Shown in pieces: positions 50,399 through 60,639 of a DNA stretch of 64,000 nucleotides (its first letter is position 1; each line of letters opens with the position of its first letter). This stretch comes from Haliotis rubra (lineage: Eukaryota), in contig NW_025767575.1 in the NCBI RefSeq assembly GCF_003918875.1, positions 248,001-312,000 on the forward strand. Reading direction: 5' to 3'. The notes below the pieces were generated by a model, which searched no databases, had not been told where the DNA came from, and saw only the letters and a program-made list of their open reading frames with translations. A program made the translations under genes and the position numbers.

Positions 50399-52552
50399 TC
50401 ACTCTTTATAGCCATAGGGGAGAGTTTCCACGGGGACTTCTTGTGGGTCGTACTGGACTCGACCTTTGGTGTAGACCATTCGATACTCTTTGGTGGTGTC
50501 GTTGGACAGCAACGCATTGCCCTGGCGAAGTCCTCCGCGAATGATGCGGTGCGAGTATGGGACAGTGATGCTGACTTGATCCCTCTGACAGACGAGGTTC
50601 TTTATGTTGTCAAAGTGGACATGTTGTCGCCCTGTGATTCAGAGTAAATCCTCGGACTTTGCTGATGCCTACACTACCGTCAGGTTGAGGATGGCGCAGC
50701 TTGTAGGTGTAGTTCTTGGGTCCTCTCGAGACAAAGGCGTGAATGCTGTTGCCCCCTCCCAGTTCATCGGTCAGCTCCCCTAAGGTATCTCCCAGTGGAG
50801 GGTTCTAGCTTAGTGCACGGTGAATGTAGATGATACTGTATGTATCAAAATAGAGTACGCGTCGATCCAAGGGTTTCAAGTAGGAATACAGCTTGAGATG
50901 GGCTTATGCTGTCACCCAGGCTGCAATGACCACATTGTGGGCGGGATGCGTGTCGTGAAATTCTGACTTAGGTTCGTAAGTGACACACACGAGGGCCTCG
51001 TTGACGAAGTGCACATCCTTTACCACACACCGTTCATCCCGGAGGAGGGCAAAGAACCTCTCAGGGGAACTGTATTCGGTCTTGTCAAACCTGACGCTTT
51101 GGCCAAACTTGCCTCAATGGTTGTTCAGGCAAGCTTTAGCTAGGGCACGTAGTCCTGGGTTTTTGCGGATGTGAGCAGGATCCAAGGTGACTCCTTCTTT
51201 TCATGAATCTCCCTGATGTAGGCGTCTGGGTCTGAACAGCCTTCTGGAAATCCGCTGGCCTCTTGCTTGATCTTGAAGAAATTGTTCACATACTTGGCAA
51301 ACAGTCCTCCCTCTTGAGAGTCAGGGTCGTAGGTGGTGAGCGTGTCAAAGTGGCAAGCCTCAAAGACGTGAAGCACTTGATAGCCGCACTCTCGAACGGC
51401 ATACTGAAGCTCCTTGCTGACATACGTGCCGATCCATGCTCGGTCTTCATCCCTGTGGGGGCAGGAACCAGCCAACACAGCACGACACAGAGAAAATAAC
51501 AACTTGCTCTGGACGCGGTTAGGAAGAACAGGATGGTAGAGGTCGGTGGGTTGTAAGACTCGGCACTGGATGAGGCCATGTAACTCGAACAAGTCAGCCA
51601 TGGGATGATGATCTTTGATCTCGGGATGACCCACGGGGTAAGTACCATACTTGCACATGTAAGGGTACAGTGAACAAACGTCCACATATTTCATTTCTTC
51701 ATCTTCTTTCGCTCCGTAGTACAACTTGGTGGCGTTTGTGCGTCCTCCAAAGAAGGCATCTCTGGGATCCAACGGTTCAGGCATGTAGTCATGAGGTCCT
51801 TGCAGTGTGGTCAGGAACGCTCTCAGATCAGCGTTGTCTTTCTGTTCTTTCCGAAAATCACATTTCCACAGGGTCACCACTTGGTGGATGTCAGAATGTT
51901 GGCGTAACACCACCAGTCGGTACCTTGTATGATGGTATCATTCCCAAGGTGCTGTACCCATGGTACTGTGGGGTTCACATCGACCTGTCTTGTAACAGTG
52001 AGTACATCCATGACCAGGGCAGGGGCAAAGCAGAGTTGATCATCATTCTTGATTTGTAAGATGCATTGTTTCTTTTCCAGGAAAGTGTTTAAGCCAATGA
52101 TGTACCTTGGCCGTCCATGTCCCTTGCCTACACGATCAGGATCTTCTACATGCAGTTAGTATATATCCATGGTCTCACCGATATACAAGTCGTGGTTACT
52201 TTGCTGTACTTTTTCCACTTTGGCCATGATGCGTTCCCCCCTGGAGGTCACCCATCTGCTGACATGTGATTGGGATGTCTGAATCCAGGGCTGGATGTTT
52301 CAGGGCCAATCCCACGCGATCATCATCCTGGCCGTTCATATTGTTTCTCAGGTCTAACAAGACAGCATCAAACTGCTCTCTGAGAATGACGGGGAGGTCT
52401 TCAGGTTGTTGATGCTGCAACCAAGCTGGACTGAACTTCAGCTTATAGCGATGAGTGTTGCTCCGGAACTTCTTCTGTGTAAGTAGGGACGTTGGCTCCG
52501 ACCAGTAAAGTTCTTCTTCTTCCTCTGCTTTGTTCATTCGTGGTGACTGCAT
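50399..52552 (-). pseudogene. Protein-primed family B DNA polymerase (Polinton-type), internally deleted and disrupted
   Basis: LDPRDAFFGGRT, YVDVCSLYP, YPVGHP, KIKQEASGFP, GKFGQ, YFDTYS (for YxDTDS), LGELTDE, GPKNY, KVRGF, terminal TLPYGY; N-terminal domain at 52196-52552. Confidence 0.92.
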
Positions 52553-52585
52553 GGTGAGAATTGACAAGACCCACACTGAGCCTGG

Positions 52586-52791
52586 TTTATATAGACAACG
52601 TCACCCTATGACGTCACAATAGGTCGTCCTAAGCGTGGCAGTGCGCATCACAAGCTCATTTGGTGTTGAATGACGTCACAAGTTTTTCTCTCATGGGCAT
52701 GCCCTAGGACGTTACACTAGTCTGTCGACCCATGAAACGAGAATGTAAGGCGATTCGCGCCAAAGTGACGTCATCGACTCCAGCTATAAAA
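52586..52791. promoter_or_regulatory. Divergent promoter for PolB and the zinc-knuckle gene: two TATA boxes, three TGACGTCA, one E2F-type site
   Basis: TTTATATA 52586-52593 (minus), TGACGTCA at 52609, 52671, 52766, TTCGCGCCAAA 52754-52764, TATAAAA 52785-52791. Confidence 0.7.
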
Positions 52792-52841
52792 ACTCGAGGT
52801 TTTCCAGCTCTCCCCATTAGTTGCTCACTGAAACTGGAAGC

Positions 52842-53341
52842 ATGCAGTCGTCTCCCGCCTCCGCCTCCTTCCGTTGCCGCCTGTGCGAAACAGATGACCA
52901 CAGTTATCTGCACTGTCCCAAGGTGACCTGTACCGAGTGTGGTGCTCAAGGCCATCGTCATTACGTATGTCCCAAGAAGGCCACGGACAGTAACAAGCAC
53001 GATAACAACACCTGCTACAACTGCGGACAAAAAACGAAGGCCATCTCAGTTACGACTGTCCACATCCCAGCCGCCACTGTGGTAAAGAGGACCATAAGAG
53101 TATGACCTGCACCTACAAGACCCAGAAACGTGCGGCTCCCGTCAACCAGTCAGCTCAACCAACAAAGAAAGTGGGTAAACATGAAGACAATCGTCTACTG
53201 GCTCTACTCCATGACAAGGTCATCCTCGTTGAAGACCGTATAGACACCGTGCACTCTCTACTTCAATGTGTCTTGGAGTTTGTTGAACCCATGGACGATT
53301 CCAGCAGCACCGCCTCGAGTGGACCACCATCACCACAATAG
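52842..53341 (+). pseudogene. Multi-CCHC zinc-knuckle protein (nucleocapsid/CNBP-like) with C-terminal helical segment; one frameshift near 53030
   Basis: CRLCETDDHSYLHC, CTECGAQGHRHYVC, CYNCGQ/EGHLSYDC, degenerate RHCGKEDHKSMTC; joins the 53102-53341 frame. Confidence 0.8.
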
Positions 53342-53365
53342 ATACCTCGGTGATGTCTCACCCAC

Positions 53366-53740
53366 CCATACCAACGGCCCTTTTCAGGGCCACCCATCCC
53401 AGATCGAAAGAAAACCTGAGTGACAAAGCTTGAACCACACACTTCTCTAGACACGCCATCGTCCTCTCACCACTCTCCCTCCCTCCCTCCCTCTCCTTCC
53501 CGTCCGTTCCGTCCGTCCGCCATCTTGAATTGTGTCCACTCTCGCGAGATCCCGCGAGACTCCGCGAGATCCCACCGGATGGGCCGCCATCTTGAACAGG
53601 GCGTCCTTCTTGGCCCGCACACGCCGAAACCGGAAGCACCGGAACCAGAACCCGAGTAACCTCCCCTTATCGGAAGTGATGCCATCTTGGGTCACGTGAC
53701 CCATCTTGAAAAAGACCCCAGGGTGACGCTGTACACTACT
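53366..53740 (-). repeat. Right terminal inverted repeat of the Polinton-like element
   Basis: Reverse complement of the left TIR; ends ACTACT followed by the TSD. Confidence 0.93.
53371..53414 (+). terminator. Histone-mRNA-type 3' stem-loop plus HDE-like element in the right TIR
   Basis: CCAAC-GGCCCTTTTCAGGGCC-ACCCA-TCCCAGATC-GAAAGAAAA; hairpin at 53376-53391, 34 nt after the stop at 53341. Confidence 0.88.
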
Positions 53741-54019
53741 TATGTTTTTATTAGGATAGGCGTTTCATTGAGTATTATATGTGTATTAGTTTTCGAGTTA
53801 GATTGCAATTCATCAGTTCGCTTTAAGCCAAAGGGACTATACTTGTTTTGAATTATATATTTGAATGACGGACGTGCAGCGCCTAATGTTCTCTCACTTT
53901 TACGTAAACATACTATTCCAAAAAGGAAACGCATAACCCAGAAATCTGTTGCGAAAAGGTTGCATTTTCAAACATGTATATCTCGTCCACAAATATACTT
54001 TAAGAAATGAATTTTTACA

Positions 54020-54410
54020 TCAGGTTAGAAGAAGGTAATGTCTATACAACCAAGTGGATAATATTAGATAACAGAGACGTTGAGCGCGATGGTGACCACG
54101 TAGCATGGTCCCGACGTCGGATCTCCTGGCTCTCAGTCCAGTCTCTCTCAACGTGTTCCGTACAGTTTGACCGGATATCCTCCGAAGTCCAGGCACGCTG
54201 GCAGCTGTGCTCTCACCCGTGGCAGTACCATCAGGCAAATGTAGTACCCGGGTGTAACGATCTTGGGCTACAGTGGTGACTCGAGGTCTGCCTGTACGGA
54301 GACGGTCATTTGTTATACCTGTTTGGTTGTAACGAGCTGCAAGCCGTGATTTAGTGCTCAGACTAACAGTCAGACGCCTGGCAAGAGGAGATTGGTAATT
54401 TTCCAGCGTG
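54020..54410 (-). mobile_element. Tc1-family transposase N-terminal (HTH) remnant
   Basis: RRISGQTVRNTLRETGLRARR...HHRAQRL. Confidence 0.75.
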
Positions 54411-54469
54411 CATTCGTAAACTTTGGTCGTACTTGGTCTGTGTTAGAGAGTAGTAGTTCTGACCGTACT

Positions 54470-54566
54470 GCACAATGTGTTAAGCCCATTTCTGGTGTCC
54501 CCCGCCGTGATATTGCTGGAATATTGCTAAAAGCGGCGTAAAACCAAACTCAGTCAGTCAGTCAGT
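54470..54566 (+). mobile_element. 5'-truncated SINE family B
   Basis: Matches the 19866-20014 body; TSD TCTGACCGTACT. Confidence 0.85.
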
Positions 54567-55706
54567 CTGACCGTACTTAGTCTGAGTTAGAGAGTAGTAG
54601 CTCTGGGCCCTTATTCTCGAAACGTTAGTATCCCTAAGAACTTAACTTTGATGTGTTAAGAATGGGCTTAAGAAGTTCATAAGGCTCCCGTACTCCCCGA
54701 TCCCCCCTTCCCCCTCAGGCCCCTAGCTAGATCGTACTCCCCCTCACCCCTCACCTAGCTAGGTCGTCATTCCCCCTCACCCTCAGGCCCCTAGCTAGGT
54801 CGTACTCAGCCTGCGTTTGGGTGTTATAGCTTTGGTCGTACTTGGTCTGTGTTAGAGTGTAGTAACTATGACTGGAGTCACACTGAGTGGCGTATATCTA
54901 GGCCTGTGGTACAGTAATCTGTACAAGTTCTATCTCTCTCCTCCCCCCCATGTCACCCTCAGGCCCCTACTAGGGAGGCTGTAATAACCAGAGAAGAACA
55001 CTCCATTCAAAATGTAACGATAAAAGTTGGTGTGTGTGTTTTGTCACCTTTGTTCCCTAAGCCTCTACTCTGAAGCATCATCTGACAGATATGAGTGGCA
55101 ATCTCCTACATCTGACAGACAGTAACCTGGTTAAACGAATCCCTAAGATTACTTTGACACACGATGACTCAATGTTGATGTAGGAAACGTGTATTGGCTA
55201 TCATAACATCCCTTACCACGTGTTTGGCTATCATAACATCCCTTACCACGTTTCCCAAAGTGATCACACTTTCTCTAACTGTTGAATAAATACTTTTTTA
55301 CCCAATTGGAATTGAGATTAAGCTCGCCTGACTTGTGATCGATGGACGAGGCCGGAGGGAACCTCGTTTATAGCGTGCAGTGTATTGCTGAACTTTGACA
55401 TGAACTGCCGGATAATCAGCTTGGTTGTGTGTTGGTATAACGAGGTCAAATGGTATAATTGTAAAGTGACATCTAAGAAACGTCCAGTTGTTTGTTACGG
55501 TTCTTGATACGTGTAAAAATTAGGCTTCCATTGTTCGTGTTACGGTTCTTGATACGTGTAGTTATTACATTGTCCGTGTTCGTGTTACGGTTGCATCCAG
55601 GGTACTAGTGGAGATATATCGGAACGTATACCCTGGAGATTATCGACGATGGATAAACATGGGTTACTGAATATCAGTTTTAACCCTGATCTTCACGGGT
55701 CCCTTG

Positions 55707-55952
55707 TGAGTGAGTGAATGAGTGAGTTTTACGCCGCACTCAGCAATATTCCAGCTATATGGCGACGGTCTGTAAATAATCGAGTCTGGATCAGACAATC
55801 CAGTGATCAACAGCATGAGCATCGATCTGCGCAATTGGGAACCGATGACATGGGTCAACCAAGTCAGCGAGCCTGACCACCCGATCCAGTTAGTCGCCTC
55901 CTACGACAAGTAAGGGTTACTGAAGGTTCATTCTGACCCGGACCTTCACGGG
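55707..55952 (-). mobile_element. SINE-like retroposon, family A
   Basis: Full-length copy, TSD GGTCCCTTGTG; an extra 5'-end fragment lies adjacent at 55658-55699. Confidence 0.9.
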
Positions 55953-56485
55953 TTGGTCCCTTGTGTCGGAAACAGCGAGGAACTTACTGAGGAATCCCCA
56001 CGGCAATGCACGTCAGTCTGACAGCTTGTAACAGTAATGAAAATATAGAACATAGAAGTAGAACAAGTCCACAACTAACACCTTGGACTCTGACTTTCTC
56101 CTGGAGGTTTCGGTCAGTGAGTTAGCCCTCCCGGGAGGAGTCCCCCCCACGTGGTTGTCCCGCCCCGGCAGTGGGAGGATGACCTGTCGGATAGACAGTT
56201 GGTGTTCACGGTGTTGTCAGAATGCCACTAACATAATCAGGCCACAGAGAATTAAATAAATAGCCTCGATAATTGATCGTCATATAGATAGGCAGTTGTA
56301 TATGCCCAGGGGTGTTGTACAGTGATAGGTTATTTGGCCTGACCACTCCTCCGCATATACATGTATGAATAATAAGGCTGACCAGGAGACTCAGCTGTGT
56401 GTAACACTAGCTAAGATACATACATAGGTGCCCGACTCTGATATATTTATAAGCATGATTATATCTTATATATATAGGTCATGCT

Positions 56486-57279
56486 TATAAATATATCAGA
56501 GTCGGGCGTCTATGGATACATAGCGGTCACTGACATGAACGCTATGCAGTACCTCCATAGGCCGCAATGGTGGAAATCCTTTGTCGCACTTTCGCGCACT
56601 CGTTACGACTGAGTTTTGAATCACGTGACCTGTGACGCGAAGGGGATATCCCTCCCAAAAATAGTAACACACGTGTTCCATACCTCGTTGCTTGTTGACA
56701 ACACATGTTCATACAATTTAGGCAATTAAAACGATTGTAAGGAGATTTTCGTTTCCAATCTAGACTGACTGACCACCCCTGCTTTTTCAACAGCTGTTTT
56801 CAAAGGAATTGCTGTTGAGTTTTCAATGCTTCATATAATATTAGATTATTGCTGTCACCTTCACAGTTCCATGGGTGTCTCTGTACTACTCCTGAATATT
56901 TGCCTACAAAACACAGTTTACTAATAAGACTTATTAGAATTTAGGAATTAAATAATTATCGAGTTCACAAATCGATTATCTAAAATTTCATTTGTACCAT
57001 AGGATTCAAAATGTCCCCGCTCATATGTGAGCGATCGACTGAGATGTTTGATGGCTTGTAAATATATATTTTTGTATATTTTGATAACGAAAATAGGGCG
57101 CACGTGTAGGTATAAGTACAAAGAAGTAATTCATATAAGTTTTTCGAGCGCAAAAATCGTAACGAGTGCGTGAAAGTGCGACAAAGGATTTCCACCATTG
57201 CGGCCTATGGAGGTACTGCATAGCGTTCATGTCAGTGAACTCTATGTATCCATAGACGCCCGACTCTGATATATTTATA
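56486..57279. mobile_element. MITE with ~125-bp TIRs
   Basis: ATATATCAGAGTCGGGCGTCTATGGATACATAG...CGTTACGA at left is the reverse complement of 57157-57279; no coding capacity. Confidence 0.85.
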
Positions 57280-58879
57280 TGTTAGCTGGTGTAACACCTA
57301 GTGTTGGTGTCAGCATATCACTGGGACTGTATCCAGGGACTGTATCCAGGGACTGTATCCAGGGACTGGCCATTTCATGAATCATTTGCCCTAAAGTCTA
57401 TAAACATCTGTCAAACTGGCGGTACAAAAATAATCAGGGTGGGTACATATATATTCGGGAGTGTCTTAGGTTTGATTGTCCGGAGGCGGTTGAGACGAAA
57501 CATAGTATACTGGGCCTGGCCCTCTCTCCCGAGAACTTCAAATGACCGGTCCCTCGTATATAGCGAGATATAGGAGAAACATGTTAATATACAGGATGCA
57601 AATACATAAGTAAGGTAGCCATTGGTATCGTCTACACGGAGCTGGAGGAGACAACACTCGTGTCGGACTTTTGGCAGCAGTGCCGCTACACTCACCGTGT
57701 TTCCCGGATTACCATATGTCACTTCCTCAAAGGCAGTTACCGACCCATGTGATCAATTTGGTCGTGACCCTTATCCCACCTTATAGATTATAAACCTTTA
57801 CAAGACAGTTAACAAGTATGAAAGAACGTTCACATTGTATTCTGGACATAAGTTGTCGACAATTTAATATAAAGGTCAGGGATTTCGTTTTACGTCTATC
57901 TGAGAGTATCTCTCATCTTGTTTCCTGATACAACCAATTCCCGGTGAGTATTTAGGAAGACCAAGTACTATTGTAGCTGTTACAAGTTGAATTTGTAGAA
58001 AGGTCAACGGCCTTGAGCTGAGGGTAAGCCCAACCAGCATCAATATGCCAGCATTACCAAAATCCACTTTTCTGCATTTATTTATTTAAATCTGTTAAGG
58101 AAAATAAAACTAAAGTGTACGACATTGATCATACAAAGATGAAGTTCCTCAGCGGCGCGCCAGCCTCCGTAGCCTACCTAAAGACCTACGGCGGTTTGGA
58201 AGTCAACGGAAACAATCGATACTGTCCATACCATTCAGCTCAGAGTGGAGATAGTTCTGTTGGTGAACACCCGTCTCTGTAAAAGCTAGCTGTGCAGAAC
58301 TTGTTTTAATGTCTGTTATTACCGAGATTTCGTCCCTTTCTGATCTCAGTGATTTGAAGGTTGATATGGATGGACTCAGTCAGGTAGGCTGGTGACTTCT
58401 CACCGTTAATCGTAGACTAAGGCAAGCAGACAAATCTTTAATCGATTCCACGTTCTGTTGGTAGGCAGTGTGATTCTTTCAACTCAGGTGGTCGTCTGTG
58501 CTCTATGACCGGTTTCTGGGAATCTGGACGTTACAATTGTCATTTCTTGATGTCACGGAAGAATGAGGAAGAATAATGTTAATACTGTGTCCATGTTCCG
58601 ATCACTTGCTCTCTGGGCCCTGCTGACTGGCCACACGTTTGGGAAAAAGGTAATCCACACGTTCTCCTCCTGATCTGAAAATCTAATTTCATTCGTCCAT
58701 ATTAGAACCAACTCCATGATATGACATTATCTTTGTCTTAATCGCAATACTGACTTCATTTGATAAAACTATTCAACATAATGCATTCCTTAATCTCAGT
58801 CCCTATTTATGCACATGCAGTTATTCAAAATTCTCTATGTACATGTCTCAACTATTCAACATTACCTGTTATAGAATGA

Positions 58880-60053
58880 CCAGAAATTATTGAGAATTTT
58901 AGGAATATGTTTAATTGAATTTCTAGTATAAACAACCTTGACCAGCTATCAAGTGCTTGGTTTCATTCAAGAGAGACAACTCCGTTAATCCTTTTTTCAT
59001 TAGTTTGTGAAGAGTTATCAAACTCTGTTTACTTGCTAGCAGACGACATTTTCAGTGATCCTCAGTATGGATGATTTAGAGAAGAGGAAGTTGATTTTAG
59101 AGTATTATAACAATGACATCAGATCAGGTAAAGTGATTTCAAGTAGAACAGGCATCCCTTTGTCCACTGTTTATCGTGTTTTGAAAAATATTGCAAATGG
59201 ATATGGCATTGAGCACCAGGGAGGCGCAGGTAGGCCCAGAAAATTGACTGTCGGTGACAGGACTCGGCTTGGTATTCTTGTTTCTAAAAACAAACGAAGG
59301 AGTTTAGAAAACGTAAGGCTGGATATGATTGATAGAGGTACTGTGGCTGTCTGTAAGGAGACAATTAGAACTGAGCTGCATGCAATGGGTTGGCAGAAAA
59401 GTCGAGGAATTCCATCACCGATCATGAAACCTGAACAAAAGGAGCGAATGTTGAACTGGTGCTTACAGCATAGAAATTTTAACTGGGACAATGTGAAATT
59501 CTCAGATGAAAGTTCTGTGTGGCTGTTTCCTAATACACTGAAATTCTGCACCAAACAAACTGAAAAACCTTTGTATCAGCGCCCAAAGTACAGTCCGAAA
59601 TTTAACGTGTGTGGTGGCATATCTGTGTTAGGGACAACGCCTCTCTGTGTATTTGAAGGTAATATGAACAGTGAGCGGTACGCAGATATTCTCGAGGGAC
59701 ATTTACTTCCATCTGCTCACGTGTTCTATGGTAAAAAAATTATTTTCCAGCAGGACAACGACCCAAAAGTGTCAATAAGAAAAATTTGACAAATATTGCT
59801 GAAATGAAAGAAGAGGTGGTCCGATATTGGGACAGTATGGACCACGACTTTCTAACTTCTTTGATCAGTAGTATGCCCCGCCGCATTGAAGCCTGCATTG
59901 CTGCCCATGGTGACTTGACAAAATACTAACTGTTCACCTGTCTTTGAATCTGGAGTTATGTTCTGCTAATATTCACATTTAATACGTGAGTAATGAGTGA
60001 AAAAAAGAAAAGAATTACATTCTTAAATTCTCAATAATTTCTGGTTGTACTGT
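58880..60053 (+). mobile_element. Tc1/mariner DNA transposon, internally deleted
   Basis: TIR CCAGAAATTATTGAGAATTT.AGGAAT versus ATTCTTAAATTCTCAATAATTTCTGG; transposase ORF inside. Confidence 0.9.
59055..59928 (+). pseudogene. Tc1-family transposase lacking the SPDLNPIE segment
   Basis: HTH, GRPRKLT, FSDES, FQQDNDPK, then out-of-frame C-terminus SMPRRIEACIAAHGDLTKY*. Confidence 0.9.
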
Positions 60054-60639
60054 ATATGTCCTGTTCTGTTGATTTAAGAAACTCGGCACAGAAGATGGCA
60101 AGATTGGCTTTGTATTCATAATTCTTCTGCTGTATTCTATAGTAGTATAAATCACATTACACGTTTTAATCATGAAGTACCAGAGATATATATAACTGAA
60201 CATTAAATAAAATGCAAAAATGTTGTCCAACCATTGTTCGATGATTCAGATTTTAGCTGATCGCCTTTTGACTGCAGTTTAGGTATCAGCTGTTGAGGTG
60301 ACTGGCTGTGTTTGAGCTGATGCGTGATCCTTGCATCATTTATTGTGTGTAACCTAGTATCGTGTTTAATGGCACCCTGGAGACCGTGGAACCAGCTCGA
60401 AAAAGGAACTAAGAATGTCCAGGACGTGTGATGAAACTCTAGCAAAGAGAATCAGCGCTAAAATTTGAGGTGTTGTGAAGTTTGTGTGTTCCTAAAAGCG
60501 TCTTAAAATACATTCAAAACAGACAGCTTAGGAGAATTCTTATTGGCACGTGATTTGTGAAACGCAACGTAAATACTTTATTAGTTGATTCGTTACTGCA
60601 CTGACGTTGTGGTATATGCCGCGGAATATGGGAAGCTGG

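Larger units (their letters stand above)
46031..53740. mobile_element. Non-autonomous, internally deleted Polinton/Maverick-derived element (7710 bp)
   Basis: Termini AGTAGTGTACAGCGTCACCCTGGGG ... CCCCAGGGTGACGCTGTACACTACT; 6-bp TSD TATGTT (46025-46030, 53741-53746); long TIRs; protein-primed PolB remnant. Confidence 0.93.

Noticed and set aside
46383-53414. A real histone gene or cluster explaining the stem-loops
   Set aside because: No histone-fold or H1 globular-domain ORF was seen upstream of either hairpin in the frames I read.
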